From positions 39,773 to 103,772 of the forward strand of contig OMJU01000060.1 of assembly GCA_900299425.1 (NCBI GenBank): a stretch of 64,000 bases of DNA, read 5' to 3'. Both the position numbers and the translations under genes were made by a program. This DNA comes from Candidatus Rokuibacteriota bacterium. GTDB lineage: Bacteria > Bacteroidota > Bacteroidia > Flavobacteriales > Flavobacteriaceae. The notes under the pieces were generated by a model. It did not search any database, was not told the origin of the DNA, and saw nothing but the letters and a program-made list of their open reading frames with translations. This document shows, piece after piece, positions 17,417 to 26,890 of this stretch. The stretch's first letter is position 1, and each line of letters opens with the position of its first letter.

Positions 17417-18550
17417 ATGGCTGGTCTGTATTATCATATTCCTTTTTGTAAGCAGGCATGCCATTATTGTGATTTTCATTTTTCAACCCAACTCAAGTCA
17501 AAACCCTCGGTAATTTCTGCCATGCTGCAGGAGTTAAACTTAAGAGCACAGGAGCTCAAAGCCCCGCTAAGATCGATTTATTTTGGGGGTGGTACGCCCT
17601 CTTTATTGACCACAGAGGAACTCTCTCAGCTTATAGAAGGTGGTCGAAATCTAGGTCTAGCAAAACCCGATATAGAGATCACCCTCGAGGTCAATCCCGA
17701 TGATGTGACGCCTGAGCGGCTCAAGGATTGGAAGGGAGCCGGAATCAATCGTCTCAGTCTCGGCATACAGTCCTTTAGTGCTCGGGATTTAAAATTTATG
17801 AATCGGGCACATGACGCAGAGCAAGCCCATCAATCGCTGATTTGGATTGCCAGACAATTTGAAAACTTTAGCGTGGATTTGATTTACGGCATACCACAGC
17901 AACAAGGAGATTCCTGGTTGAATAATTTGGCCATAATTGGTGAGTTTAAGCCGCCGCATCTTTCTTGTTATGCCTTAACTCGGGAGTCAGGAACAGCCAT
18001 GGACAAATTCATCCAGCGCGGAGTGATGCCTGATATAGATGAAGATCAGGCCCAAAGTGAGTATCAAATTTTAGTCGACTGGGCAGAGCAGCAGGGGTAT
18101 GTAAATTATGAATTTTCAAACTTTGCCCTTAAGGGTTATGAGTCGGTGAATAATTCTGCTTATTGGTGTGGTTTGCCTTATCTAGGCATCGGGCCCAGCG
18201 CTCATAGTTTTGACGGGCAAACACGGAGCTGGAATATCGCCAGTAATCCACTTTATCTGAAAGCACTTGCCCAGAATAAGTTGCCCATAACGCGAGAAAC
18301 TTTGACCCCTATTGATCGTTATAACGAGTATGTCATGACTCGATTAAGAACCGCTAGTGGTATAGATTTGCGGGAGGTAAGCGGCCTATTTGATGAGAAA
18401 ACTTGCGAAAATCTGCTTTCGATGGCTGCCAAACATATCGATCAAGGATTATTGGCACGCAATGCGCATCAATTAAAGGTAACCCCCCAAGGAAAGTTTT
18501 TAACCGATGGAATTGCCAGCGAGCTATTCTTAGTAAATTTAGGGTCATGA
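17417..18550 (+). CDS. hemW: Radical SAM heme chaperone HemW (coproporphyrinogen III oxidase-like)
   Basis: YYHIPFCKQACHYCDF contains the CX3CX2C motif. 377 aa with a HemN_C-like C-terminal region. Confidence 0.85.
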   Translation: MAGLYYHIPFCKQACHYCDFHFSTQLKSKPSVISAMLQELNLRAQELKAPLRSIYFGGGTPSLLTTEELSQLIEGGRNLGLAKPDIEITLEVNPDDVTPERLKDWKGAGINRLSLGIQSFSARDLKFMNRAHDAEQAHQSLIWIARQFENFSVDLIYGIPQQQGDSWLNNLAIIGEFKPPHLSCYALTRESGTAMDKFIQRGVMPDIDEDQAQSEYQILVDWAEQQGYVNYEFSNFALKGYESVNNSAYWCGLPYLGIGPSAHSFDGQTRSWNIASNPLYLKALAQNKLPITRETLTPIDRYNEYVMTRLRTASGIDLREVSGLFDEKTCENLLSMAAKHIDQGLLARNAHQLKVTPQGKFLTDGIASELFLVNLGS

Positions 18551-19314
18551 AATTTGAATTTGACATGAGCGGCAGCAAGTGGGCTATTGATACTGCCGCA
18601 TGCATTGATTTATCGATTCCTGTCGATTGTAAAAATGGTCTTGGCGCTAAGGCCTGGTATATCGATCGGCCGACGACAGTTCCAGTGCAACTGGGCGATT
18701 GGGTCGGCAATGTGGCCAAAGGAGGGGCGGTTAATTTTAATGATTTAAGGATAAATCCCCATGCCCATGGTACTCATACCGAATCTTTGGGGCACATATC
18801 GCCAAACCAGGAGTCGGTTGAGGGTCTTTTTGATGAGTTTTTCTTTGAGGCCTTAGTGGTCAGTGTTGCGGTAGCAAACGATGCGGTCATCACTTGTAAA
18901 ATGTTAAAAGAGGCTTTGGACAAAATTGACTCAGGATTTTGGCCTGCAGGACCACGCGCATTAATCCTGAGAACCCTGCCTAACGACCTGAACAAACGTA
19001 TCACAGATTATGATCACAAGGGCTGGCCTTACTTAGGGGTCGATGCGGCACAACTTCTAGTTGATATGGGTGTGGAACATTTGCTCATCGACACGCCTTC
19101 AGTCGATCCAGAAAAAGATCAAGGCGCCTTATTGGCGCATAAAACCTTCTGGCAATTTCCAAAGCATCCGCGCTTGAAAGCTACGATAACTGAGTTTATC
19201 TATGTCCCCGATAAGGTGCAGGATGGTCCCTATTTATTAGAACTACAAACTGCAGCTATTGTCAATGATGCTACTTTTTCAAGACCCTTAATCTACGCAC
19301 TTGAGGCGCTTTAA
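18547..19314 (+). CDS. Cyclase family protein (kynurenine formamidase-like fold)
   Basis: HAHGTHTESLGH matches the HxGTHxDxPxH-type cyclase motif. The ATG at 18547 overlaps the hemW stop (ATGA). The tracked ORF's earlier part lies inside hemW. Confidence 0.7.
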   Translation: MKFEFDMSGSKWAIDTAACIDLSIPVDCKNGLGAKAWYIDRPTTVPVQLGDWVGNVAKGGAVNFNDLRINPHAHGTHTESLGHISPNQESVEGLFDEFFFEALVVSVAVANDAVITCKMLKEALDKIDSGFWPAGPRALILRTLPNDLNKRITDYDHKGWPYLGVDAAQLLVDMGVEHLLIDTPSVDPEKDQGALLAHKTFWQFPKHPRLKATITEFIYVPDKVQDGPYLLELQTAAIVNDATFSRPLIYALEAL

Positions 19315-19326
19315 TGTGTAAAATTG

Positions 19327-19680
19327 ATGTTGATTGATGAATTTCGCGACTATTGTCTTTCCAAAAAAAGGGTGAGTGAATGCATGCCTTTTGATCAGCA
19401 CATTTTGGTGTTTAAAGTTGGTTCTAAAATGTTCGCTTTGGCCAGTTTAAACGAAATTCCATTGAGGGTGAACCTCAAATGCATGCCTGATCGTGCGCTT
19501 GAACTAAGAGAGGAATATCCCGAAATTGTTTTGCCCGGGTATCACATGAATAAAACCCATTGGAATACCTTAATCATGGAAGGCGGTATGCCCCGTAATT
19601 GGTACTATGAGTTGATCGATCATTCCTATGAATTAGTGGTAAATTCCATTACGCGTAAACAACAAAAGGAATTAGATTAA
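19327..19680 (+). CDS. MmcQ/YjbR family DNA-binding protein
   Basis: 117 aa. The segment FRDYCLSKKRVSECMPFDQHILVFKVGSKMFAL is typical of MmcQ/YjbR. Confidence 0.7.
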   Translation: MLIDEFRDYCLSKKRVSECMPFDQHILVFKVGSKMFALASLNEIPLRVNLKCMPDRALELREEYPEIVLPGYHMNKTHWNTLIMEGGMPRNWYYELIDHSYELVVNSITRKQQKELD

Positions 19681-19699
19681 GTCTATTAGTTCTTCACGC

Positions 19700-20218
19700 C
19701 TACTCGGGACTTGTGTGATCTCCTGCGCTCATATCGGCAATAATTTTCCATGAGCCTTCGATATTTTTAAAGATGACAATAAAACTTCCTTTGGCATCTC
19801 CCACGCTGCGCTGCAGATGGTAGCGTCCCATGACCCAGTAAGCCCCTGGAGTTATCTCACTGATGTCTAAAAGGTCAAAGGTTAAAATTCCGGTGTCTTG
19901 AGGTGTTGGATAAGATTTTTTGTAGTTGGCCAGGGTTTGATGCCAGCCTTTGGTCAAACCAGATTGTCCATAAAATTTTAATGAGTCGCTCATCCAATAG
20001 CCTTGCATGAAGCCTTCAAGATCGTGATTAGACCATGCCTCCTGTTGCTGGCTCATGACCTTTTTTATGGCCAAAATATCCATATCTTTGGATGTGTATA
20101 TGACTGTATCAGTGCCCTTAAGGGAGGCTGCTGTTGGTGTGCTAGAGGCAGGGTCGCCCTGTGTTGAATCTCCGCAACTTGCCAATAATAAGCTGAGTAA
20201 CACTATGGTATGTCGCAT
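19700..20218 (-). CDS. Lipoprotein with a DUF4440/SnoaL-like (NTF2 fold) domain
   Basis: Lipobox LLLASCG. The segment QQQEAWSNHDLEGFMQGYW...FIVIFKNIEGSWKI resembles DUF4440. Confidence 0.6.
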   Translation of the reverse strand: MRHTIVLLSLLLASCGDSTQGDPASSTPTAASLKGTDTVIYTSKDMDILAIKKVMSQQQEAWSNHDLEGFMQGYWMSDSLKFYGQSGLTKGWHQTLANYKKSYPTPQDTGILTFDLLDISEITPGAYWVMGRYHLQRSVGDAKGSFIVIFKNIEGSWKIIADMSAGDHTSPE

Positions 20219-20317
20219 TGCTGGTAAAGTTTGTTATGATAAAATCACTTTATAAATGTACATCGATTTTTTTGACCAAATAAAAATTTAGATATCTTCG
20301 GTTGCATTAGAACAGTT

Positions 20318-21220
20318 ATGACAGACATCACCATTCTCACCTGCAAAGCTTATTTTGCCCCTGAGCAATCCTCGGCTTATACCGATAATATTCTTTTGGA
20401 ATATCGATTATTGAAACAGGCCCTGGAGCGCCTTGGCTTGTCCGTGAGCCGTACTTATTGGGATGATCCAAATTACGATTGGACACAAACGCGCGCGGTG
20501 GTTTTTAGAACAATTTGGGATTATTTTGAACGGTTTGAAGAGTTTTGGCCTTGGTTACAGCGTATTCAAAATCAAACACAGGTCATCAATTCAATGGAGC
20601 TTGTCAAATGGAATATCGATAAGTCTTATCTTTTTGATTTGGCCCAAAAAGGAATACCTATTGTGCCTTCTGTCTTGGTAAAAAAGGGTGTATCTCGGTC
20701 CTTAAATGAGATTGCCGCACAAAATAACTGGACAGATTTAGTGGTCAAACCTACCATTGCAGGAGGAGGATACTTGACCTATAAGTATCTCGGACAGGAG
20801 TTAGGTCAGATGCAGTCAGAATTTGACGCCTTGGTCCATGAGCGCGATATGCTGGTTCAGGGTTATATTCCTTCCATAACTACAAGGGGTGAAGCCTCTT
20901 TAATGGTGTTTGGCGGGGGCTTTACACACAGTATTTTAAAGCGTGCAAAACCCGGTGACTTTAGAGTCCAAGATGATTTTGGGGGTAGTGTGCATCCTTA
21001 TGAGCACACGCCACAAGAGGTCGCTTTGGCCCAGAAGGTTATGGCCCAATGCAGCCAAGTTCCGGCCTATGGCCGAGTGGATATTGTATGGGATGATCAA
21101 GGATGGCCCATGGTCTCTGAGCTAGAGATTTTTGAACCTGAATTATGGGTGCGCAATGCTCCTTGGTCGGCGGATCACTTTGCCAAAGCCATAGCCCAGC
21201 AATTAGTATCTGCCCAATAA
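20318..21220 (+). CDS. ATP-grasp domain protein (RimK/glutathione-synthetase-like)
   Basis: 300 aa. VVKPTIAGGGY, a later GDFRVQ segment and a VSELEIFEPEL C-terminus resemble the ATP-grasp fold. Confidence 0.55.
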   Translation: MTDITILTCKAYFAPEQSSAYTDNILLEYRLLKQALERLGLSVSRTYWDDPNYDWTQTRAVVFRTIWDYFERFEEFWPWLQRIQNQTQVINSMELVKWNIDKSYLFDLAQKGIPIVPSVLVKKGVSRSLNEIAAQNNWTDLVVKPTIAGGGYLTYKYLGQELGQMQSEFDALVHERDMLVQGYIPSITTRGEASLMVFGGGFTHSILKRAKPGDFRVQDDFGGSVHPYEHTPQEVALAQKVMAQCSQVPAYGRVDIVWDDQGWPMVSELEIFEPELWVRNAPWSADHFAKAIAQQLVSAQ

Positions 21221-21245
21221 ATGGAAGCCTGAAACCCAGCGGTTA

Positions 21246-22637
21246 TTATTTTCTTGAAATCTCTGTAAAATGACGGAAAAAGCCAGGAATGGTTTCTATA
21301 CCTTTTAAGTAATTCCAAACCCCAAAATGTTCATTTGGCGAGTGAATTGCGTCACTGTCCAGACCAAAGCCCATCAAAATCGTTTTACTCCCGAGTTCGG
21401 ACTCAAACAATGCCACAATTGGGATACTTCCGCCCCCGCGCTGAGGAATTGGCGCCACACCAAAAGTGTCTTGATAAGCCGCAGCCGCAGCACGATAACC
21501 AGGATGATCAATAGGAGTCACATAGCTCTGACCCCCGTGATGTGTGGTAACCTTCACACGAACACCTTTTGGCGCAATAGCTTTAAAATGGCGCTCGAAA
21601 AGCGCTGAGATTTTTTCCCAATCTTGATTTGGTACCAGACGCATACTGATTTTGGCAAATGCTTGACCCGGGATTACGGTCTTAGACCCTTCGCCGGTGT
21701 AGCCTCCCCAAATACCATTGACGTCCAAGGTGGGCCTGATTGAGTTGCGCTCATTTGTGGTATAACCTTGTTCGCCATGGACATCATCGATATCGAGAGC
21801 ACGGCAATAGCCCTCTAGGCTAAAGGGGGCCTCAGCCATAGCCGTTCTTTCTTGTGTGCTTAGCTCCAGGACATCGTCATAAAATTCTGGGATGGTGATT
21901 CTGTTTTGCTCATCTTGAAGTGAAGCAATCATTTGGGTTAAAATATTAATTGGGTTGGCCACAGCGCCTCCGTACAATCCACTGTGTAAATCTCTGTTGG
22001 GCCCAGTTACTGCAACTTCCATGTAAGATAGCCCGCGCAGACCTGTGGTGATTGATGGCGTATCATTAGCAATCATCCCTGTATCACTGATCAATATAAT
22101 GTCATTACTGAGCAATGTTTTGTTTTCGGCAACAAAAATCCCAAGGTTTTTACTGCCCACTTCTTCTTCCCCTTCGATCATATACTTGACATTACAAGGC
22201 AATTGATCAGTTTGGGTCATAAACTCAAGAGCCTTGACGTGCATGTACATCTGGCCCTTATCATCGCAAGCCCCACGGGCAAAAATCGCCCCGTCTGGAT
22301 GGAGCGCTGTCTTTTTGATGATGGGTTCAAAAGGGGCACTGTCCCATAATTCAATAGGATCTGCTGGCTGTACATCGTAATGACCATAAACCAGTACAGT
22401 GGGTAGTTCCGGATTGATTAACTTTTCACCATACACAATAGGATTTCCTGCTGTCGGATAGATCTTCACCAGATCACAGCCCGCTTTTTCAAGTTGCTTT
22501 GCCACTAACTCAGCAGTGGCAATAACGTCATTTTTAAAAGCCGAGTCGGCACTAACTGAGGGCAACTTGAGCAATTCAAATAGTTCATCAATAAAGCGAT
22601 TTTTGTGGGTGTTGATATAATCTATTGGTCGTTGCAT
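21246..22637 (-). CDS. M20 family dipeptidase (metallopeptidase, CNDP-like)
   Basis: VYGHYDVQP, RGACDDKG and EGEEEVGS metal-ligand motifs. 463 aa. Confidence 0.85.
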   Translation of the reverse strand: MQRPIDYINTHKNRFIDELFELLKLPSVSADSAFKNDVIATAELVAKQLEKAGCDLVKIYPTAGNPIVYGEKLINPELPTVLVYGHYDVQPADPIELWDSAPFEPIIKKTALHPDGAIFARGACDDKGQMYMHVKALEFMTQTDQLPCNVKYMIEGEEEVGSKNLGIFVAENKTLLSNDIILISDTGMIANDTPSITTGLRGLSYMEVAVTGPNRDLHSGLYGGAVANPINILTQMIASLQDEQNRITIPEFYDDVLELSTQERTAMAEAPFSLEGYCRALDIDDVHGEQGYTTNERNSIRPTLDVNGIWGGYTGEGSKTVIPGQAFAKISMRLVPNQDWEKISALFERHFKAIAPKGVRVKVTTHHGGQSYVTPIDHPGYRAAAAAYQDTFGVAPIPQRGGGSIPIVALFESELGSKTILMGFGLDSDAIHSPNEHFGVWNYLKGIETIPGFFRHFTEISRK

Positions 22638-22721
22638 AAGGTCGAAAATTTAATGTGCGCACGAAGTTACGAAAAGTGATAATTTTTAAAACCGCGCTCT
22701 GTGTAAATTAAAAACAATATG

Positions 22722-22729
22722 TATATTTG
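22722..22729 (+). promoter_or_regulatory. -7 promoter box (TATATTTG) for tRNA-Leu
   Basis: Exact TAnnTTTG match 25 nt upstream of the tRNA, in the same extended context as the tRNA-Asp promoter. Confidence 0.55.
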
Positions 22730-22753
22730 CCACCCCGATTTAGGGCATCCATT

Positions 22754-22835
22754 GCGGCTGTGATGGAATTGGTAGACATGCTAGACTTAGGATCTAGTGC
22801 CGCAAGGCGTGGGGGTTCGACTCCCTTCAGCCGCA
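22754..22835 (+). tRNA. tRNA-Leu (anticodon TAG)
   Basis: Acceptor stem GCGGCTG/CAGCCGC, anticodon loop CTTAGGA, a long variable arm and T-arm GGGGGTTCGACTCCC. 82 nt. Confidence 0.9.
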
Positions 22836-22837
22836 CA

Positions 22838-22866
22838 AAACCCGGAAACTTTCCGGGTTTTTTTAT
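22838..22866. terminator. Bidirectional rho-independent terminator (tRNA-Leu / TonB-dependent receptor)
   Basis: aacccggaaa-ct-ttccgggtt hairpin flanked by an A-run and a T-run. Confidence 0.75.
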
Positions 22867-22981
22867 GCTCATTTTCAAGGGGAGGTAGTTTTTTCTTATT
22901 TCATATGAGTAATCGATTGCCGAGAAATGCTACACATGTGCACAGTAAACTCCGAACAATTTAGCGCGGACTGTAATGGCC

Positions 22982-25222
22982 TTAATTTTTATAACTTAAA
23001 CTCAAAGTAACACCTCTGGGATGTCCAGGACGAAGACCAGCGGGGTGACGTGCGGCGATATATATTTCGTTAAATGCATTGATTACGGAGAGTTCAGTGC
23101 TCCATGATCGATTTATTTGAACATTCAAAGCAAAATCTACTATGGTACGCTGAGGTATTTTTTGATTGTTCGGAATAAGGCCTTGTCCTGCCATACTGCG
23201 CTGAGTACTTTGGTGTCTCGCGTTAATTGTTGTCGACCAGCGGGGGTGGGTAAGGCCCAGCATTAGGCTGAATTGATGCGGCGCAATATAGGGCATTTGG
23301 TCCCCTGGTTGTACAGAACCAAATAGGCTGTTGTCGCTTTCAAACCAAGAGAGAAAGCTTGTTTGAGTCCATGTGTAAACCATGGAAATGGGAAGTTTAA
23401 TCGCCTGAGCGGCCCCCAAGTCAAATTGTTTTGAAACTTTACTTTCTGCACCCCAAACTCTTGCCTGACCAGCATTGAAGCGTTCATTATTGCCATAACC
23501 ACCACCCGCTGCCAAATCTGATCCTAGAAGACGATTATAGTGATTGTAAAAGCCCACTGCTTCTATGCTTATTGCAGCTGGTGTGTAACGAAACCCTAAC
23601 TCATTATTCCAGCTGATTTCAGCCTTTTCTTCAGGTGAGAACCCGGGGGCGGAGAACCCTTTGTGCAGTCCTCCAAAAAGCATCGTCTGCTTGTCCCATT
23701 TATAGCAAAACCCAAGTCCAGGAATAAGCACCGTAGTACTATTTAGGGTGTTTTCAACTGCAGGCCCTGTGCGCTCTAAATTTAAGGACCCAAAATCTAC
23801 TGATCTCAGTGCTATGGATTCTATGCGCAGTCCTGGTTTTATGGTTAGTTTTCCTATTTTTTGAGTCCATAAAACAAAGCTAGAAATAGCGGTTGCTTTT
23901 TTTATTTGATTGGCATCACTACCTCGGCTGCCATTTTCGAGCAGTGTCATCATTTGGTCCGTCATTGAGTATTGATCAATCCATTGAAAGCGATCTTCAG
24001 CATCTGTATGCCATCGAATGCCAAGACTTAACCTGCGTCCGGGATTAGATTGGGACTGCCAATCAAACTTTGTTTGTATTCCTCGAGAATAATAGCGGCG
24101 ATTATTAGCTTTTACACTAAGACGCACGTTTTGGTCAATTCCGGACCCAGAAAGGCTTTGGAATGCGACGGGAAATAAATCAGGATTATCTACAATTTTG
24201 GCAATACTCAGCAGTTCATCTTGCACCGAAACCTTATCTAATTTGTACCAATTTCTTCGGAAAGCATTGTTATACACAGTAGTTTTTATGTGGGTATTTT
24301 TATTGATTGACCAAATATGGGTCATTGAGATTTGCTGATGAAAGGACCGCATTTGATCTTTGGCAGAAGCTGCATAACGTCTAAATGCATTTACATTGTA
24401 ATCTGCTTGACTCAATCCAAGATAAGTTTCGTTTGCCCGTTCTTCTGCATATCCAATCTTGAAAATAAAAGAGTGTGTATTATTCAAGAATTGAGGGGTC
24501 CATTGAAATTTTCCCATAAAATCTTGTTTGTTGAAACCCACGGGACCTCCTCCGTCGATTTTTTTAAAACCGAGGCTTTGATAGCCGAGCCATTGCGTTA
24601 TATAGGAGAAGTCTCGATGCTTATTGCCAAATGTGAGTTGTTGATTTTGGGTTTCAAATCGTCCGGCTGCACCTGTGGCTTGCAATGTAAATTTTTCTGG
24701 TAGGGCGGCAGAAAGAAAGTTTATTGCTCCACCTGAAGTATTGGGGCCATACTCTATTTGGCTGCTTCCTTTGTACACTTCTACGGCATCCATACGGCCT
24801 AGAGATGGAAAATAATAAGCGGCTGGCGCACTGTAGGGTGCCGGTGCTATAAGCACACCGTCTTCCATGAGATTAATCTTTGCACTGCGTTGTGGTGCTG
24901 TACCTCGCATACTGATGTTCGGACGCAGACCAAAACCATCCTCTTCATAAATCTGAATACCGGCCACGCGCTGAAATAGTCTATTTGGGTCCAAAGAGCC
25001 AAGTTGTTGTATTTCTTTCTTTGTGATTTTTTGAGCCGAACCAGTGCGATGCTCTGAACTGAATCCATCCAAAACCGAATTATACGAGAGCAATACAGTT
25101 TGGAGTTGTTCCTGTTTATTCAAGCTGTCCAGTGCAGCATTTATTGGCTTGTCTTGGGCAAAACCCAGGTAGTTAATTGAGCCAATTATCACGGCTAAAA
25201 TCTGTCCAATTTTTTTCATCAA
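22982..25222 (-). CDS. TonB-dependent receptor (plug + 22-strand barrel)
   Basis: Signal peptide, plug region (RVAGIQIYEEDGFGLRPNISMRG, MDAVEVYKGSSQIEYGPNTSGGAINF) and a long beta-barrel. 746 aa. Confidence 0.88.
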   Translation of the reverse strand: MMKKIGQILAVIIGSINYLGFAQDKPINAALDSLNKQEQLQTVLLSYNSVLDGFSSEHRTGSAQKITKKEIQQLGSLDPNRLFQRVAGIQIYEEDGFGLRPNISMRGTAPQRSAKINLMEDGVLIAPAPYSAPAAYYFPSLGRMDAVEVYKGSSQIEYGPNTSGGAINFLSAALPEKFTLQATGAAGRFETQNQQLTFGNKHRDFSYITQWLGYQSLGFKKIDGGGPVGFNKQDFMGKFQWTPQFLNNTHSFIFKIGYAEERANETYLGLSQADYNVNAFRRYAASAKDQMRSFHQQISMTHIWSINKNTHIKTTVYNNAFRRNWYKLDKVSVQDELLSIAKIVDNPDLFPVAFQSLSGSGIDQNVRLSVKANNRRYYSRGIQTKFDWQSQSNPGRRLSLGIRWHTDAEDRFQWIDQYSMTDQMMTLLENGSRGSDANQIKKATAISSFVLWTQKIGKLTIKPGLRIESIALRSVDFGSLNLERTGPAVENTLNSTTVLIPGLGFCYKWDKQTMLFGGLHKGFSAPGFSPEEKAEISWNNELGFRYTPAAISIEAVGFYNHYNRLLGSDLAAGGGYGNNERFNAGQARVWGAESKVSKQFDLGAAQAIKLPISMVYTWTQTSFLSWFESDNSLFGSVQPGDQMPYIAPHQFSLMLGLTHPRWSTTINARHQSTQRSMAGQGLIPNNQKIPQRTIVDFALNVQINRSWSTELSVINAFNEIYIAARHPAGLRPGHPRGVTLSLSYKN

Positions 25223-25260
25223 CTCAATTAAATTTATTTAGACTGATTAAAAATAAAGTG

Positions 25261-25268
25261 CAAATGTA
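25261..25268 (-). promoter_or_regulatory. -7 promoter box (TACATTTG on the minus strand) for the TonB-dependent receptor
   Basis: The reverse complement of caaatgta matches TAnnTTTG, about 39 nt upstream of the ATG at 25222. Confidence 0.4.
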
Positions 25269-25383
25269 AGGGTCAGAACATTGAAATCCAACCTTATTTT
25301 GAATGGACTTTTAATTTTTTGTCGCTCTTTAAAAACGGCACATTTATTGCCCTGATTACGAAGTATTTGCTAACTTTCGATTT

Positions 25384-25725
25384 ATGCGTATTACTACATT
25401 TTTTCTCGTTTGTTTGAGTTTATTGTCTCAAATTTCTTGGAGTCAAAAGGTCTTCAGCACCGATTATGCCCACCAAGCCGATGTGAAAATTTTTGTTGTG
25501 GATTATGAACATCAAGCTGATTTAAGTGTTTATCGCGTAGGGTATGATCATCAAGCCAGGGGCAATCAAGGCCATTGGTTTTTTACAGATTATGCTCATC
25601 AAGCCGATAAACTCGTTTTTTTTGTGGATTATGCCCATCAAGCGGACCTAAAAATTTATTTTGTGGACCATGCCCATCAGGCCCAGTGGCGCTCTTCCTC
25701 TAAAAAGCACATGATGTTTCGTTGA
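25384..25725 (+). CDS. Small secreted protein built of six ~13-aa (F/Y)xxDY(A/E)HQAD(L/V)K(I/V) repeats
   Basis: A signal peptide (MRITTFFLVCLSLLSQISWSQ) is followed by FSTDYAHQADVKI / FVVDYEHQADLSV / YRVGYDHQARGNQGHW / FFTDYAHQADKLV / FFVDYAHQADLKI / YFVDHAHQAQWRS. Confidence 0.7.
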   Translation: MRITTFFLVCLSLLSQISWSQKVFSTDYAHQADVKIFVVDYEHQADLSVYRVGYDHQARGNQGHWFFTDYAHQADKLVFFVDYAHQADLKIYFVDHAHQAQWRSSSKKHMMFR

Positions 25726-25741
25726 CCTTAGGCTTTTCCCT

Positions 25742-25749
25742 TATCTTTG
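25742..25749 (+). promoter_or_regulatory. -7 promoter box (TATCTTTG) for the mevalonate-pathway operon
   Basis: Exact TAnnTTTG match 28 nt upstream of the ATG at 25777. The same octamer precedes the rluB-like gene. Confidence 0.4.
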
Positions 25750-25776
25750 CGGCGTTTTAGCAAATCATTTCGCCTT

Positions 25777-26871
25777 ATGGCCGCAGATCCATTTTTGACC
25801 TTACCCCAGCTTGAGATTCCTCAAAACAGTGGATCAATTACCGTTACCGCACCTAGCAATATTGCACTGATAAAATATTGGGGTAAGTCCCAAGGACAAA
25901 TCCCGAAAAATGCAAGCATAAGTTTCACGCTGAATAAATGTGTGACCCAAACTACCATTAACTACGAGCCGTTAACTGCACCCAAATTAACTTCAGATAC
26001 CGAATTTGAGGTTTTTGTTGATGGGGTTTCTAAGCCAGAATTTGCTCCAAAAATTGCGACTTTTTTTAAACGCATTGCCCCATATATGCCTTGGATTGGT
26101 TCCTTTAAATGGCGAATTGATACCAAAAACACCTTCCCGCATGGCAGTGGTATTGCGAGTTCTGCCAGTGGTTTTGCTGCTCTAGCTGGCGCGTTGATGC
26201 ATTTAGAAGTCAGTTGGGCCACTGCCCCATACCAGCAAGATTTGTGGGTCAATAAGACGTCATTTTTAGCCCGTTTGGGTAGTGGTAGCGCAGCCCGCTC
26301 AGTACTCGGTCCATTGATGTATTGGGGTGGGCACCCCGCATTGCCCGAGTCCAATGATTTATTTGCCAATGCCTTGACCAAGGATATTGACCCAATTTTT
26401 TTGGATTACAAAGACACAATTTTGCTTGTAGATCAAGGGGAGAAAGAGGTCAGCAGTACTGTAGGACACAATTTAATGCACAACCATGCTTATGCAAGTC
26501 AGCGCTTTGCCCAAGCTCAAGATAATCTAGGAAGACTTTTAAAGCTGATGTCGGCTGGAGATTTAGACGAGTTTTGCCATTTGGTCGAGACCGAGGCCCT
26601 GTCATTGCACGCCATGATGATGACGTCGAACCCATCATATGTACTGATGAAACCAAACACCTTGGCAATCATTGATCGAGTAAGGGCATATCGCCGAGAA
26701 CAACAAATACCGGTATGTTTTACCTTAGATGCAGGGGCCAATGTCCACTTGCTGTATCCAGCGCATTACACCGAGCAAGTTATGCCATGGATTCGAAAGG
26801 AATTAAGTCCGCTTTGCCAAGATGGTCAATTTATTAAAGATGAAGTTGGTCAGGGCTTGAAAAAGCTTTAA
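25777..26871 (+). CDS. mvaD: Diphosphomevalonate decarboxylase (GHMP family)
   Basis: APSNIALIKYWGK is the MDD signature, and GSGIASSASGFAAL is the GHMP motif. ATG at 25777 is preferred over TTG at 25747, which lies inside the promoter box. Confidence 0.85.
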   Translation: MAADPFLTLPQLEIPQNSGSITVTAPSNIALIKYWGKSQGQIPKNASISFTLNKCVTQTTINYEPLTAPKLTSDTEFEVFVDGVSKPEFAPKIATFFKRIAPYMPWIGSFKWRIDTKNTFPHGSGIASSASGFAALAGALMHLEVSWATAPYQQDLWVNKTSFLARLGSGSAARSVLGPLMYWGGHPALPESNDLFANALTKDIDPIFLDYKDTILLVDQGEKEVSSTVGHNLMHNHAYASQRFAQAQDNLGRLLKLMSAGDLDEFCHLVETEALSLHAMMMTSNPSYVLMKPNTLAIIDRVRAYRREQQIPVCFTLDAGANVHLLYPAHYTEQVMPWIRKELSPLCQDGQFIKDEVGQGLKKL

Positions 26872-26890
26872 TTTTAACACAAAACAGGCG

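Noticed and set aside
18403-18546. The upstream part of tracked ORF 18403..19314, which overlaps hemW by 148 bp.
   Set aside because: Cyclase-family similarity starts at MKFEFDMSG…. The ATG at 18547 overlaps the hemW stop in a typical ATGA coupling, and the earlier part has no family resemblance.
25450-25687. Periodic 39-bp DNA repeats that could superficially suggest a CRISPR-like or minisatellite array.
   Set aside because: The repeats are in-frame coding repeats of the HQAD protein. They are divergent at the DNA level and have no spacer structure. No CRISPR array or cas gene is present anywhere in the window.
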